Made by a program: the position numbers and the translations under genes. Positions 30,501 to 44,130 of a DNA stretch of 64,000 bases are shown here, in pieces. The stretch lies in assembly GCF_009914755.1 (NCBI RefSeq), contig NC_060947.1, one strand, 5' to 3'. The notes under the pieces are model-generated. The model saw only the letters and a program-made list of their open reading frames with translations. It ran no database searches and was not told the DNA's origin. How positions within the stretch are numbered: the stretch's first letter is position 1; each line of letters opens with the position of its first letter. The stretch is from the human T2T-CHM13v2.0 reference genome, Homo sapiens.

Positions 30501-33500
30501 AGCACTTTGAAGCCTATGGTGAAAAAGGAAATATCTTCACATAAAAACTAGACACAAGTTTTCTTGGAAACTGCTTTGTGATGTGTGCTTTCATCTCACA
30601 GAGGCAAAAGTTTCTTTTCATAAAGAAGATTGAATACTCTGCTCTGGTAGAAGCTGCAAAGGGATATGGTGAAAAAGGAAATTTCTTCACCTTAAAGCAC
30701 GACGGAAGCTTTCTGAGAATCTTCTTGATGTCTGCATTCATCTCACAGAGTTAAAAATTTCTTCTGATTGACTAGTTTTGAAACAGTGTTTTTGTAGAAT
30801 CTGCAAAGGGATATTTTTGAGTGCTTTAGGCCTATGGTGAAAAAAGAGATAGCTTTACATAAAAACAAGACAGAAGATTTCTCAGAAACTTCTTTGTGAT
30901 GTTCGCATTCATCTCACACAATTGAACCTTTCTTTTGATTGAGCAGATTGGAAACAGTCTTTTTGTAGAATCTGCAAAGGGATATATTTGTGAGCGCTTT
31001 GAGGCCTATGCTGAAAAAGAAATATCTTCAAATTAAAACTAGTCAGAAGCTTTCTGAGAAACTTCTTTGTGATGTGTGCATTCACCTCACAGAGTTTAAC
31101 AATTCTTTTGATTGAGCAGTTTGGAAAAAGTCTTTTTGTAAAATCTGCAAAGGGATATGTGTGAGCGGTTGGAGGCCTATGGTGAAAAAGGAAATATCTT
31201 CACATAAAAACCAGATAGAAGCTTTTGGAGAAACTTCTTTGTGATGTGTGCATTCAACTGACAGAGCTGAACCTTTCTTTACATTGAGCCGTTTGGAAGC
31301 AGTCTTTCTGTAGAATCTTCAAGGGTATATTTGTGGGTACTTTGAGGCCTATGGTGAAAAAGGAAATATCTTCATATAAAAACTCAACAGAAGGTTTCTG
31401 AGAATCTGCTCTGTGACGTGTGCATTCAGCTAACAGAGGTAAAGGTTTCTTTTCATTGAGCAGATTGGAAACTCTGTTCTTCAAGAATCTGCAAAGGGAT
31501 ATTTGAGAGTGCTTTGATACCTATGTCAAAAAAGGAAATACCTTCACATAAAAGCTAGAGAGAAGCTTTCTGAGAAACTCCTTTGTTTCTCACAGAAACA
31601 GAACAAATGTTCATCTCACAGAGTTGAACATTTCCTTTCATTGAGCAATTTGGAAACAGTCTTTTTGTAGAATCTGCAAAGGAATATTTGTGAGTGTTGT
31701 GAGGCCTACAGTGAAAAAGGCAATATTTTCGCATAAAAATTATACAGAAGCTTTCTGAGAAACTTTTGTGATGTGTGCATTCATCTCACAGAGTTGAACC
31801 TTTCTTTTGAGTGAGCAGTTTGGAAACAGTCTTTTTGTAGAATCTCCAAAGGGATATTTGTAGGCTCTTTCATGCCTATAGTGATAATGGAAATATCTTC
31901 ACATAAAAACTAGACAGAAGCTTTCTGAGAAACTTGTTTGTGATGTGTGCATTCATCTCACAGAGGGGAACCTTTCTTTTGAGTGTGCAGTTTGGAAAGA
32001 GTCTTTATGTAGAATCTGCAAAGGGATATTTGTAAGCTCTTTGAGGCCTATGTTGGAAATGGAAATATCCTCACTTAAAAACTAGTCAGAAGGTTTCGGA
32101 GAAACTTCTTTGTGATGTGTGCATTCATCTCACAGACTTGAACCGTTATTTTAATTGAGGAGTGTGGAATCCGTCTTTTTGTAGAATCTGCAAAGAGACA
32201 TTTGTGAGCACAATGAGGCCTATGGTGAAAAAGGAAACATCTTCACATAAAAACTGGAAAGAAGGTTTCTGAGAAACTTCTTTGTGATGTGTGCATTCAT
32301 CTCACAGAGGTAACAATTTGCTTTCATTGAGCAAATTGGAAACTCTGTTCTTGTAGAATCTACAAAAGATATTTGGACGCGTTTTCAGGCCTATGGTGAA
32401 AAAGGAATTATCTTCACATAAAAACTAGACGGGAGCTTTCTTAGAAACTTTTTTGTGATGTGTGCATTCATCTCAGACAGTTGAAACTTTCTTTTGATTG
32501 AGCAGTTTGGAATCAGTCTTTATGTAGAATCTCCAAAGGGATATTTTTTAGTGCTTTGAGGCCTATGGTGAAAAAGAATATATCTTCATATAAAAATTAG
32601 ACAGAAGCTTTCCGAGAAAGTGCTTTGTGATGTGAGCATTCACCTCACAGAATTTAACCCTTCTTTTGGTTGAGCAGTTTGGAAACATTCTTTTTGTACA
32701 ATCTGCAAAGGGATACTTTTGAGCTATTTGAGGCCTATGGTGAAAAGGAAATATCCTCACATAAAAACTAGAGAGAAGCATTCTTAGAAAATTATTTGTG
32801 ATGCGTGCATTCATCTCACAGAGTTGAAGGTTTCTTTTGATTGAACAGATTGGAAACAGTCTTTTTGTATAATCTGCAAAGGGATATTTGTGAGTGCTTT
32901 GAGGCCTATGCTGAAAAAGGAAATATCTTCAAGTAAAAACAAGACAGAACATTTCTGAAAAACTTCTTTGTGAGGTGTGCAGTCATCTCACAGAGTTGAA
33001 CCATTCTTTTGATTGAGCATTTTAGAAACATACTTTTTTTTAGAATCTGCAAACGGATATTTGTGAGCGCTTTGATTCTTATGGTAAAAAAGGAAATATC
33101 TTCACATAAAAACTAGACAGAAGCTTTCCGAGAAAGTGCCACGTGACGTGTGCATTCATCTCACACAGTTGAACCTACCTTTTGATAGAGCATTTTGGAA
33201 ACAGTCGTTTTGTAGAATTTGCAAAGGGTTATTTCTGAGCTGTTTGAGGACTATGGTGAAAAAGGAAATATCTGCACATAAAAACTAGATAGAAGCTTTC
33301 TGAGAAACTTCTTTCTGTTGTGTGCATTCATCTCACAGAGTTGAAAATTTCTTTTGATTGAGCAGTTTGGAAACAGTGTTTTTGTAGAATCCACAAAGGG
33401 ATATTTATGAGCACTTTGAGGCCTATGGTGAAAAAGGAAGTATTTTCACGTAAAAACTAGACAGAATCTTTCTGAGAAGCTTCTTTGTGATGTGTGCACA

Positions 33501-36500
33501 GAGTTGAACCTTTGTTTTCATTGAGCAGTTTGGAAACAGTCCTATTGTAGAATCTGCAAAGGGATACTTGGGAGCCATTTGAGACCTATGGTTAAAAAGG
33601 AAATATCTTCACATAAAAATTAGACAGAAGGTTTCTTAGAAACTGATTTGTGATCTGTGCATTCATCTCACAGAGGTAAACGTTTCTTTTCATGAGCAGA
33701 TTGGAAACACTGTTCTTGTAGAATCTGCAAAAGAATATTTTTGAGCCCTTTGAGGCCAATGGTGAAAAAGGAAATATCTTCACATAAAAAGAAGACAGAA
33801 GTTTCTGAGAAACTTTTTTGTGATGTGTGCATTCATCTCACAGGGTTGAAACTATCTTTTGATTGAGCAGTTTGGGAACAGTCTTTTTCTGGAATCTGCA
33901 AAGGGACATTTGTGAGTGCTTTGGGGCCTAAGGCAAAAGAGGAAATATCTTTACATAAAACCTAGACAGAAGCTTTCTGAGAAACTTCTTTGTGATGTGT
34001 GCATTCATCTCCCAGAGTTGAATATTTCTTTGATTGAGCAGTTTGGAAACAGTATTTTTGTAGAATCTGCAAAAGGATATTTGTGAGCACTTTGAGGCCT
34101 ATGATGAAGAAGGAAATTTTTTCACATAAAAACTAAACAGAAGCTTTCTGAGAAACTTCTTTGGATATGTGCATTCATCTCATGGAGTTGAACATTTCTT
34201 TTAATTGAGCAGTTTCAAAAATGTCTTTTTGTAGAATCTGCAAAGGGATATTTGTGATTGCTTTGAGGGCTATGGTGAAAAAGGAAATATCTTAATGTAA
34301 AAACTAGGCAGAAGCTTTCTGAGAAACCTTTTGTGATGTGTGCATTCATCTCACAGAGTTGAACCTTTATTTTGATTGAGCAGTTTGGAAACAATCTTTC
34401 TGTAGAATCTTCAAAGTGATATTTGTGAGCGGTTTGAGGCCTATGGTGAAAAAGGAAATATCTTCACACAAATACTAGCAGAAGCTTTCTCAGAAACTTC
34501 ACTGTGATGTATGAATTCATCTCACAGAATTGAAACTTTCTTTTGATTGAGCAGTTTGGAAACAGTCTTTTTGTAGAATCTGCAAAGGAATTTTTTGAGT
34601 CCTTTGAGGTCTATGTGAAAAAGGAAACATCTTCACATAAAAACTAGCCAGAAGGTTTCTGAGAAAAAGCTTTGTGATGTGTGCATTCATCTCACAGAGG
34701 TAAACGTTTCTTTTCATTGAGCAGATTGGAACCTCTGTTCTTGTAGAATCTGCAAAGGGATATCTATGTTCACTTTGAGGCCAATGGTGAAAAAGGAAAT
34801 ATCTTCATATAAAAAGGAGACAGAAGCAGTCTGAGAAACTTCTTTGTGATGTGTGCATTCATCTCACAGATTTGAACCTTTCTTTTGATTGAGCAGGGCA
34901 GAAACAGTCTTTTTGTAGATACTGCAGAGGGATTTTTTGAGCCCTTTGAGGCCTGTGGTGAAAAAGGAAATATCTTCATGTAAAAACTAGACAGAAGCTT
35001 TCTGACAAAGATCTTTATGATGTGTGCATTCATCTCACAGAGTTGAACCTATCTTTTCATTGAGCATTTTGGAAACAGTCGTTTTGTAGAGTCTGCAAAG
35101 GGATATTATTTATGAGCAGTTTGTGGCCTACGGTGAAGAAGGAAATGTCTTCATGTAAAAACTAGACAGAAGCGTTCTGAGATACTTCTTTCTGTTGTGT
35201 GCATTCATCTCATAGATTTGAACATTTCTTTTGATTGAGCAGTTTGGAAACAGTCTTTTTGTAGAATCTGCCAAGAGATATTTGTGAGCGGTTTGAGTCT
35301 TACGGTGTAAAAGGAAATATCTTCATGTAAAAACTAGACAGAAGCATTCTGAGAAACTTCATTCTGTTGTTTGCATTTGTCTCACAGAGTTGAAAATTTC
35401 TTTTGATTGAGCAGTTTGGAAACAGTCTTTTTGTAGAATCAGCAAAGAGATGTTTGTGAGTGCTTTGAGGACAATGGTTAAAAAGGTAGTATCTTCACAT
35501 AAAAACTAGACAGAATCTTTCTCAGAAACTTATTTGTGATGTGTGCTTTCATCCCGCAGAGTTGAACCTTTCTTTTGATTGAGCAGTTTTAAAAGGGTCT
35601 TTTAGTAGAATCTGCAAAGGAATATTTGTGAGCCCTTTGAGGGCAATGGTGAAAAAGGAAATATCTTCACATAAAAACTAGACAGAAGGTTTCTGAGAAA
35701 CTGCTTTGAGATACGTGCATTAATCTAACAGAGGTAAAAGTTTCTTTACATTGAGCAGATTGGAAGCTCTCTTCCTGTAGAATCTGAAAAGGGATATTGG
35801 TGAGTGCTTTCAGGCCCATGGTGAAATAGGAAACATCTTCACATTAAAACTGGACAGAAGCTTTCTGAGAATCTTCTTTGTGATGTGTGCATTCTTCTCA
35901 CAAAGTTGAACCTTTGTTTTGATTGTGCAGCTTGGAAAGAGTCTTTTTGTAGAATCTGCACTGGGATATTTGTGAGTGGTTTGAGACCTATAGTAAAAAG
36001 AAACATCTTCAAGTAAAAACTAGACAGAAGCTTTCTGATAAACTTCTTTCTGTTGGGTGCATTCGTCTCACAGAGTTGAACATTTCTTTTCATTGAGCAG
36101 TTTGGAAACAGTCTTTCTGTAGAATGTGCAAAGGGATATTTGTGAGTTCTTTGAGGCCTATGTGAAAAAGGAAATATCTTCATATAAAAACTGGACAGAA
36201 GTTTACTGAGAAAATGCTTTTTGATGTGTGCATTCATCTCACAGAGGTAAACGTTTCTTTTCATTGAGTAGATTGGAAAGTCTGTTCTTGTACAATCTGT
36301 GTATGGATATTTGTGAGCGCTTTGATGCCTATAGTGAAAAAGGAAAAAAGTAGACAGAAACTTTCTGATAAACTTCTTTCTGATATGCGCATTCATCTCA
36401 CAGAATTGAACCTTTCTTTTGATTGAGCAGCTTGGAAAAACTCTTTTTGTAGAATCTGCAAAGGGATATTTTTGAGTGGTTGGAGGCCTATGGTGAAAAA

Positions 36501-39500
36501 AGAAATATCTTCCCATAAAAACTAGACAGAAGCTTTCTGAGAAACTTCTTTCTGTTGTGTGCATTCATCTCACACATTTGAACTTTTCTTTTGATTGAGC
36601 CATTAGTAAACAACAGTCTTTTTGTAGAATCTGCAAAGCAGTATTTGTGAGCCCTTTTTAGGCCTGTGTTGAAAAAGGAAATATCTTCACATAAAAATAG
36701 ACAGAAGGTTTCTGAGAAACTGCTTTGTAATGTGTACATTCATCTCACAGAGGTAAACGTTTGTTTTCATTGAGCAGATTGGAAACTCTCTTCTTGTAGA
36801 ATCTGCAAAGGAATATTTGTGAATGCTTTGAGGCCTATGGTGAAAAAGGAAGTATTTTCACTTAAAAACTAAAAGTAAGCTATCTGAGGAATTTCTTTAT
36901 GATGTGTACATTCATCTCACACAGCTTAACCCTTCTGTTGATTGAGCAGTTTGGAAACAGTCTTTTTGTGGAATCTGCAAAGGGACACTTTTGAGTGCTT
37001 TGAGGCCTATGGTGAAAAGGAAATATCTTCACATAAAAACCAGACAGAAGCTTTCTGAGAAACTTCTTTGTGATGTGTGCATTCATCTCACCGAGTTGAA
37101 CCTTTCTTTTGATTGAGCAGTTTGGAAACAGTCTTTTTGTAGAATCTGCAAAGGGATATTTATGAGCACTTTGAGGCCTATGGTGAAAAAGGAAGTATCC
37201 TCACATAAAAACTAGACATAAACTTTCTGAGAAACTTCTTTGTGATGTGTGCATTCACCTCAGAGAGTTGAAACTTTCTTTTGATTGAGAACTTTGGAAA
37301 CAGTCTTTTTGTAGAATCTGCAAAGTGACATTTGTGAGCGCTTTGAGGCCTATGGGGAAAAATGAAATATCTTCACATAAAAACTAGGCAGAAGCTTTCT
37401 GAGAAACTTCTTTGTGATGCGTCCATTCATCTCACAGAGTTGAACATTTCTTCTGAATGAGCAGTGTGGAAAAAGTCTTTTTGTAGAATCTGCAAAGGGA
37501 TATTTCTGAGCACTTTGAGGACTGTGGTGAAAAGGGAAATATCTTCACATAAAAACTAGAGAGAAACTTTCTTAGAAACTTCATTGTGATGTGTGCATTC
37601 GTCCCACATATTTGAATTTTTCTTTTGATTGAGCAGTTTGGAAACAGTCTTTTTGTAGAATCTGCAAAGGGATATTTGTGAGCGCTTTGATGCCTATGGT
37701 GAAAAAGGAATAACTTCACATGAAAACTAGACAGAAGCTTTCTGAGAAACTTCTTTTTGATGTGTGTTTTCATCTCACAGATCTGAAACTTTCTTTTGAT
37801 TGAGCAGTTTGGAAACAGTCTTTTTACAGAACCTGCAAAGGGATATTTGTGAGCACGTTAAGGCCTGTTGTGAAAAAGGAATAACTTCACATGAAAACTA
37901 GACAGAAGCTTTCTGAGAAACTTTTGTGATGTGTGCATTCATCTCACAGAGTTGAATATGTCTTTTGATTGAGCAGTTTGGAAGCATTCTTCTTGTAGAA
38001 TCTGCTAAGGGATATTTTCGACTGCTTTGAGGCCTATGGTGAAAAAGTAAATATCTTCACATAAAAACTAAACAGATGCTTTCTGAGGAACTTCTTTTTG
38101 ATGTGTGCATTCATCTCATGGAGTTGAACCTTTCTTTTGATTGAACAGGTGGAGACTGTCTTTTAGCAGAATCAGTAATGGGATATTTGTGACCCCTTTG
38201 AGGCCTATGGTGAAAAAGGAAATATCTTCCCATAAAAACTAGACAGAAGCTTCCTTAGAAACTTCTTTGTGATGTGTGAATTTATCTCACAGATTTGAAA
38301 CTTTCCTTTTGATTGAGCAGTTTGCAAACACTCTTTTTGCAGAATCTGCAAAGGTATATTATTTGTGAGCAGTTTAAAGCCTAGGGTGAAAAAGTAAACA
38401 TCATCAAATTAAAACTAGACAGAAGGTTTCTGATTAACTTCTTTGTGATGTGTGCTTTCATCTCACAGTGTTGAATCTTTCATTTGACTGAGCAGCTTGG
38501 AAACAGTCTTTTTGTAGAATCTGCAAAGGGATATTTGTGATAACTTTGAAGGCTGTGGTGAAAAAGAAATATCTTCACATAAAAACTAGCCAGAAAGTTT
38601 ATGAGAAACTGCTTTGTGATGTGTGCATCCTTCTCACAGAAGCAAACATTTCTTTTCATTGAGAAGATTGGAAACGCTGTTCTTGTAGAAACTGCAAAGG
38701 GATATTTGTGAGCACTTTGAAGCCTATGGTGAAAAAGGAAATATCTTCACATAAAAACTAAACAGAAGGTTTCTGAGAAACTTCTTTGTGATGTGTGCCT
38801 TCATCTCACAGAGTTGAACCTTTCTTTTGAAAGAGCAGTTTGGAAACAGACTTTTTGTAGAATTCGCAAAGGGATATTTGTGAGTGGTTTGAGGCATATG
38901 GTGAGAAAGGAAATATCTTCATGTAAAAACTAGACAGAAGCATTCTGAGAAATGTCTTTCTGGTACATACATTCATCTCACAGAGTTGAATATTTCTTTC
39001 AATTGAGCAGCTTGGAAACAATCTTTTTGTAGAATCCACAAAGAGATACTTGTGAGCGCTTTGAGGCCTATGGCGAAAAAGGAAATATCTTCCCATAAAA
39101 CCTAGACAGAAGCTTTCTGAGAAACTTCTTTGTGATGTGTGGATTCAGCTCACAGTGTAGAAACTTTCATTTGATTAAGCAGTTTGGAAAGAGTCTTTTC
39201 ATAGGATCTGCAAAGGGATATTTTTGAGCACTTTGAGGCCTATGGTGAAAAAGGAAATATCTTCACATAAAAAGTAGACAAAAGCTTTTGGAGAAACTTC
39301 TTTGTGATGTGTGCATTCATCTCACAGTGTTGAACCTTTCTTTGGTTGAGCAGTTCAGAAACTGTCTTTTTGTACGTTCTTCGTAGGGATATTTTTGAGC
39401 CCTTTGAGGCCTATGGTGAAAAAGTAAATATCTTCACGTAAAAACTAGACAGAAGTTTTCAGAGAAACTGCTTTGTGATGTGTGCATTCATCTCACAGAG

Positions 39501-42500
39501 TGAACCTTTGGTTTAGTAGAGCAGTCTGGAAGCAGTCTTTTTGTAGAATCTGCAAAGGGATATGTGTGAGCGGTTGGAGGCCTATGGTGAAAAAGGAAAT
39601 ATCTACACGTAAAAATCAGACAGAAGCTTTCTGAGAAACTTCTTTCTTTTGTGTGCATTCATCTGACAGAGTTTAACCTTTTTTGATTGAGCAGTTTGGA
39701 AACAGTCTGTTTTAGAATCCACAATGGGATATTTGTGAGTGTTTTGAGGACTATGGTGAAAAAGGAAATATCTTCACGTTAAAGCTAGACAGAAACTTTC
39801 TGAGAAACTTCTTTATGATGTGGGCATTTATCTCACAGAGTTGAACCATTCGTTTCATTGAGCAGTGCAGAAACAGTCTTTTTGGAGATTCTGCAAAGGG
39901 ATATTTGTGAGCCCTTTGAGACCTATGGTGAAAAAAGGAAATATCTTCACATAAAATCTAGACAGATTGAGCAGTTTGGAAGCATTCTCTTTGTACAATC
40001 TGCAAAGGGGTATTTCTGAGCGATTTGGAGCCAACGGTGAAAAAGGAAATATCTTCCCATAAAAATTACACAGATACTTTCTTAGAAACTTCTTTGTGCT
40101 GTGTGCATTCATCCCATAGAGTTGAAACTTTATTTTGATTGAGCAGTTTGGAGACAGTCTTTTTGTAGAATCTGCAAAGGATTATTTCTGAGTGCTTTGA
40201 GGGCTATCATGATAAAGGAAATATCTTCACATAAAAACTTGACAGAAGTTTCCTTCGAAACTTCTTCTCTGTGAATTCATCTCACAGATTTTAAACATTC
40301 TTTTGATTGAGCAGTTTGCAAACAGTCTTTTGCAGGATCTGCAAAGGGATATTTGTGAGAGGTTTGAGTCCTAGAGAGAAAAAGTAAATATCATCACATT
40401 AAAACTAGACAGAAGCTTTTTGGGTAACATCTTTGTGACTTGTGCATTCATCTCAGAGAGTAGAACCTTTCTTTTGATTGAGCAGTTTGGAAACGGTCTT
40501 TTTATAGAATCTGCAAAGGGATATTTGTGAGCTCATTGAGGCCTATGGTGAAAAAGGAAATGCCTTCACAAATAAACTAGACAGAACGTTACTGAGAAAA
40601 TGCTTCTTTGTGATGTGTGCTTTCATCTCACACAGGTAAATGTTTCTTTTCATTGAACCGTTTGGAAACTCTGTTCTCTGCAGAATCTGTAAAGGGATAT
40701 TTGTGAGTGCTTTGAGGCCTATGGTGAAAAAGGAAATATCTTCACATAAAAACTAGACAGAAGCTTTCTGAGAAACTTCTTTGTGATGTGTGCATTCATC
40801 TCACAGAGTTGAACCTTTGTTTTGATTGAGCAGTTTGGAGACAGTCTTTTTGTAGAATCTGCAAAGGGATATTTGTGAGTGCTTTGAGGACTATGGTGAA
40901 AAAGGAACTATCTTCTCATAAAAACTAGACAGAGACTTTCTTAGAAACTTATTTTTGATGTGTGCATTCATCTCACAGATTTGAAACTTTCTTTTGATTG
41001 AGAAGTTTGCAAACAGTGTTTTGGCAGAATCTGCAAATGGATATTTTTGAGTGCTTTGTGGCCTATGGTGAAAAAGGAAATACCTTCACATAAAAACTAG
41101 ACAGAAGCTTTCTGAGAAACTTATTTGTGATGTGTGCATTCATCTTACAGGGTTGAACCATTCTTTTGTTTTGGGGGTTTGGAAACAGTCTTTTTGTAGA
41201 ATCTGCAAGGGGATATTTTTGAGCACTTTGAGGCGTATGGTGAAAAAGGAAATATCTTCACATAAAAACTATAAAGAAGGTTTCTGAGAAACTGCTTTTT
41301 GATCTGACAATGTATCTCACAGAGGTGAACCATCCTTCTGATTGAGTAGTATGGAAACAGTCTTTTTGTAGAATCTGCAAATGGATACTTGTGAGCACTC
41401 TGAGGCCTTCGTTGGAAAAGGAAATATCTTCACATAACTACTAGAGAAAAGGTTTCTGAGAAACTTCTTTGTGACTTGGGCATTCAACTCAAAGAGGTAC
41501 CCATTTCTTTTCATTGTGCGTATTGGAAACTCTTTTCTTGTAGAGTCTGCAAAGGGATATTTGTGAACATTTAGAGGCATATCATGAAAAAGGAATATCT
41601 TCACCTAAAAACTAGACAGAAACTTTCAAAGAAAATTCTTTGTGATGTGTGCATTCATCTCATGGAGTTGAACCATTCTTTTGTTTGTGCAGTTTGGAAA
41701 CAGTCTTTTTGTAGATTCAGGAAAGGGATATTTGTGGGTGCTTTGTGGTCGATGGTGAAAAAGGAAATATCTTCACATTAAAATTAGACAGAAGCTTTCT
41801 GAGAAACTTCTTTGTGATGTGTCCATTCATCTCACAGAGTTGAAACTTTCTTTTGCTTGAGCAGTTTGGAAAGTCTCTTTTTGTAGAATCTGCAAAGGGA
41901 TATTTGTGAGCGATTTCAGTCCCATGGTGAAAAAGCAAATGTCTTCACATAAAAACTAGACAGAAGCTTTCTCAGAAACTTCTTTGAGACGTGTGCATTC
42001 ATTTCACAGAGGTACCCATTTATTTTCATTGAGCAGATTGATAACTCTCTTCTTGTAGAATCTGCAAAGGGATATTTGTGAGCGTTTTGAGGTCTATAGA
42101 GAAAAAGGAAATGTCTTCATATAAAAACTAGACAGAAACTTTTGGTGAAACTTCTTTGTACTGTGTTCATTCATCTTACAGAACTGAACCATTCTTTTGA
42201 TTGGGCAGTTTGTAAACAGTCTTTTTGTAGAATCCCCAAAGGGATATTTGTGAGCACTTTGAGGCCTATGGTGAAAAAGGAAATATCTTCAAATAAAAAC
42301 TAGACAGAAGCATTCTGAGAAACTTCGTTGTGATGTGTGCCTTCATCTCACAGAGTTGAACCATTCTCTTCATTAAGCACTTTGGAAATAGTCTTTTTGT
42401 AACATCTACAAAGTGATATTTGTGAGCACTTTGAGGACTATGGTGAAAAAGGAAATATCCTCACATAAAAACTAGACAGAATCTTTCTGAGAAACTTCTT

Positions 42501-44116
42501 TGTGATGAGTGCATTCATCACACAGAGTTGAACCATTCTTTTGATTGAGCAGTTTGGAAACAATCTTTTTGTATAATCTGCAAGGGGATATTTTTGAGCG
42601 CTTAGAGGCCTATGGTGAAAAAGCAAATATCTTCACATAAAAACTAGACAGAAGCTTTCTGAGAAACTTCTTTTTGATGTGTGCATTCATGTCCCAGAAT
42701 TGAACCATTTTTTTTTTCTTGAGCAGTTTGGAAACAGTCTTTATGTAGAATCTGCAAAGGGATATTTGTGAGCTCTGTGGGGTCGAAGGTCAAAAAGGAA
42801 ATATGATCACAAAAAAAATAGAAGGAAGGTTTCTGAGAAACTGCTCCCTGATGTGTGCATTTTCCTCACAGAAGTAAAAGTCTCTTTTCATTCAGCAGTT
42901 TGGAAACTCTGTTCGTATAGAATCTGCAAAGGAATATATGTGAGTGCTCTGAGGCCTATGGTTAAAAAGGAAATAGCTTCACATAAAATCTAGAAAGAAG
43001 CTTTCTGAGAAACTTCTTTGTAATGTGTTCATTCGTGTCACAGAGTTGAACCATTCTTTTGATTGAGCAGTTTGGAAACAATCTTTTTGTAGAATCTGCA
43101 AAGGGTTATATGTGAGCGCTTTCAGTCCTATGGTGATGATAAAAAGAAATATCTTCAGATAAAAAGTAGACAGAAGGTTTCTGAAAAACTGCTTTGTGAT
43201 GTGTGCATTCATCTCACAGAGTTCAATGTCTCCTTGGATTGAGCAGTTTTGAAACAGTCTTTTTGTAGAATCTGCAAAGGGATATTTTTAGGTGGTTTGA
43301 GGCATATGGTGGAAAAGGAAATATCTTCACATAAGAACTAGACAGAAGCTTTTGAAGAAATTTGTTTGTGATGTGTGCATTCAAGTCACAGACTTGAACA
43401 ATTCTTTTGATTGAGGAGTTAGGAAACAGTGTTTTTGTACAGTCTGCAAATGGATAATTTTGAGCCCTTTCGGGCCTATGGTGAAAAAGGAAATATCTTC
43501 ACATTAGAACTAGAAGGAAGCTTTCTGAGAAACTGTTTTGTGATGTGTGCATTCATCTCACAGCGGTAAATGTTTCTTTTCATTGAGCATTTTGGAAACA
43601 GTCTTTTTGTAGAATCTGCAACGGGATATTTTTGAGTGCTTTGAAGTCTATGTGGATATCTTCACATAAAAACTAGAAAGAAGGTTTCAGAGGAACTGCT
43701 TTGTGATGTGTGCATTCATCTCACAGAGATAAACGTTTCTATTCATTGAGCAGTTTGGAAGCTCTGTTCTTGTAGAATCTGCAAAGGGATATTTGTGAGT
43801 GCTTTGAAGCCTATCAATCATCATGAAAAAGGAAATATTTTCACATAAATACTAGAAAGAAGTTTTTTGAGAAACTGCTTTGAGATGTGTGCATTCATCA
43901 CACCAAGGTAAAAAAGTTTCTTTTCATTGAGCAGTTTGGAAACTGTTTCTGTAAAATCCACAAAGGGATGTTTGTGAGCACTTTGAGGCCTATGGTTAAA
44001 TAGGTAATATCTTCACATAAAAACTAGACAGGAGCTTTCTGAGAAGCTACTTTATGATGTGTGCATTCATCTCACAGAGGAAAACGTTTCTGTTCATTGA
44101 GGAGTTTGGAAACTGC
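30501..44116 (+). repeat. Monomeric alpha-satellite, 172-bp stratum B (two monomer types)
   Basis: gggatatttgtgagc monomers plus a recurrent second type, ggtttctgagaaactgc...cagaggtaaacgtttcttttcattgagcagattggaaactctgttcttg (e.g. ~31430, 32305, 33670, 34695, 35730, 36240, 36750). Confidence 0.88.
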
Positions 44117-44130
44117 AGTTTGGAAAACTG

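Noticed and set aside
41407-41423. CENP-B box-like cttcgttggaaaaggaa
   Set aside because: It lacks the required CGGG half (two essential positions differ from CTTCGTTGGAAACGGGA). Probably a chance variant of an A-type monomer.
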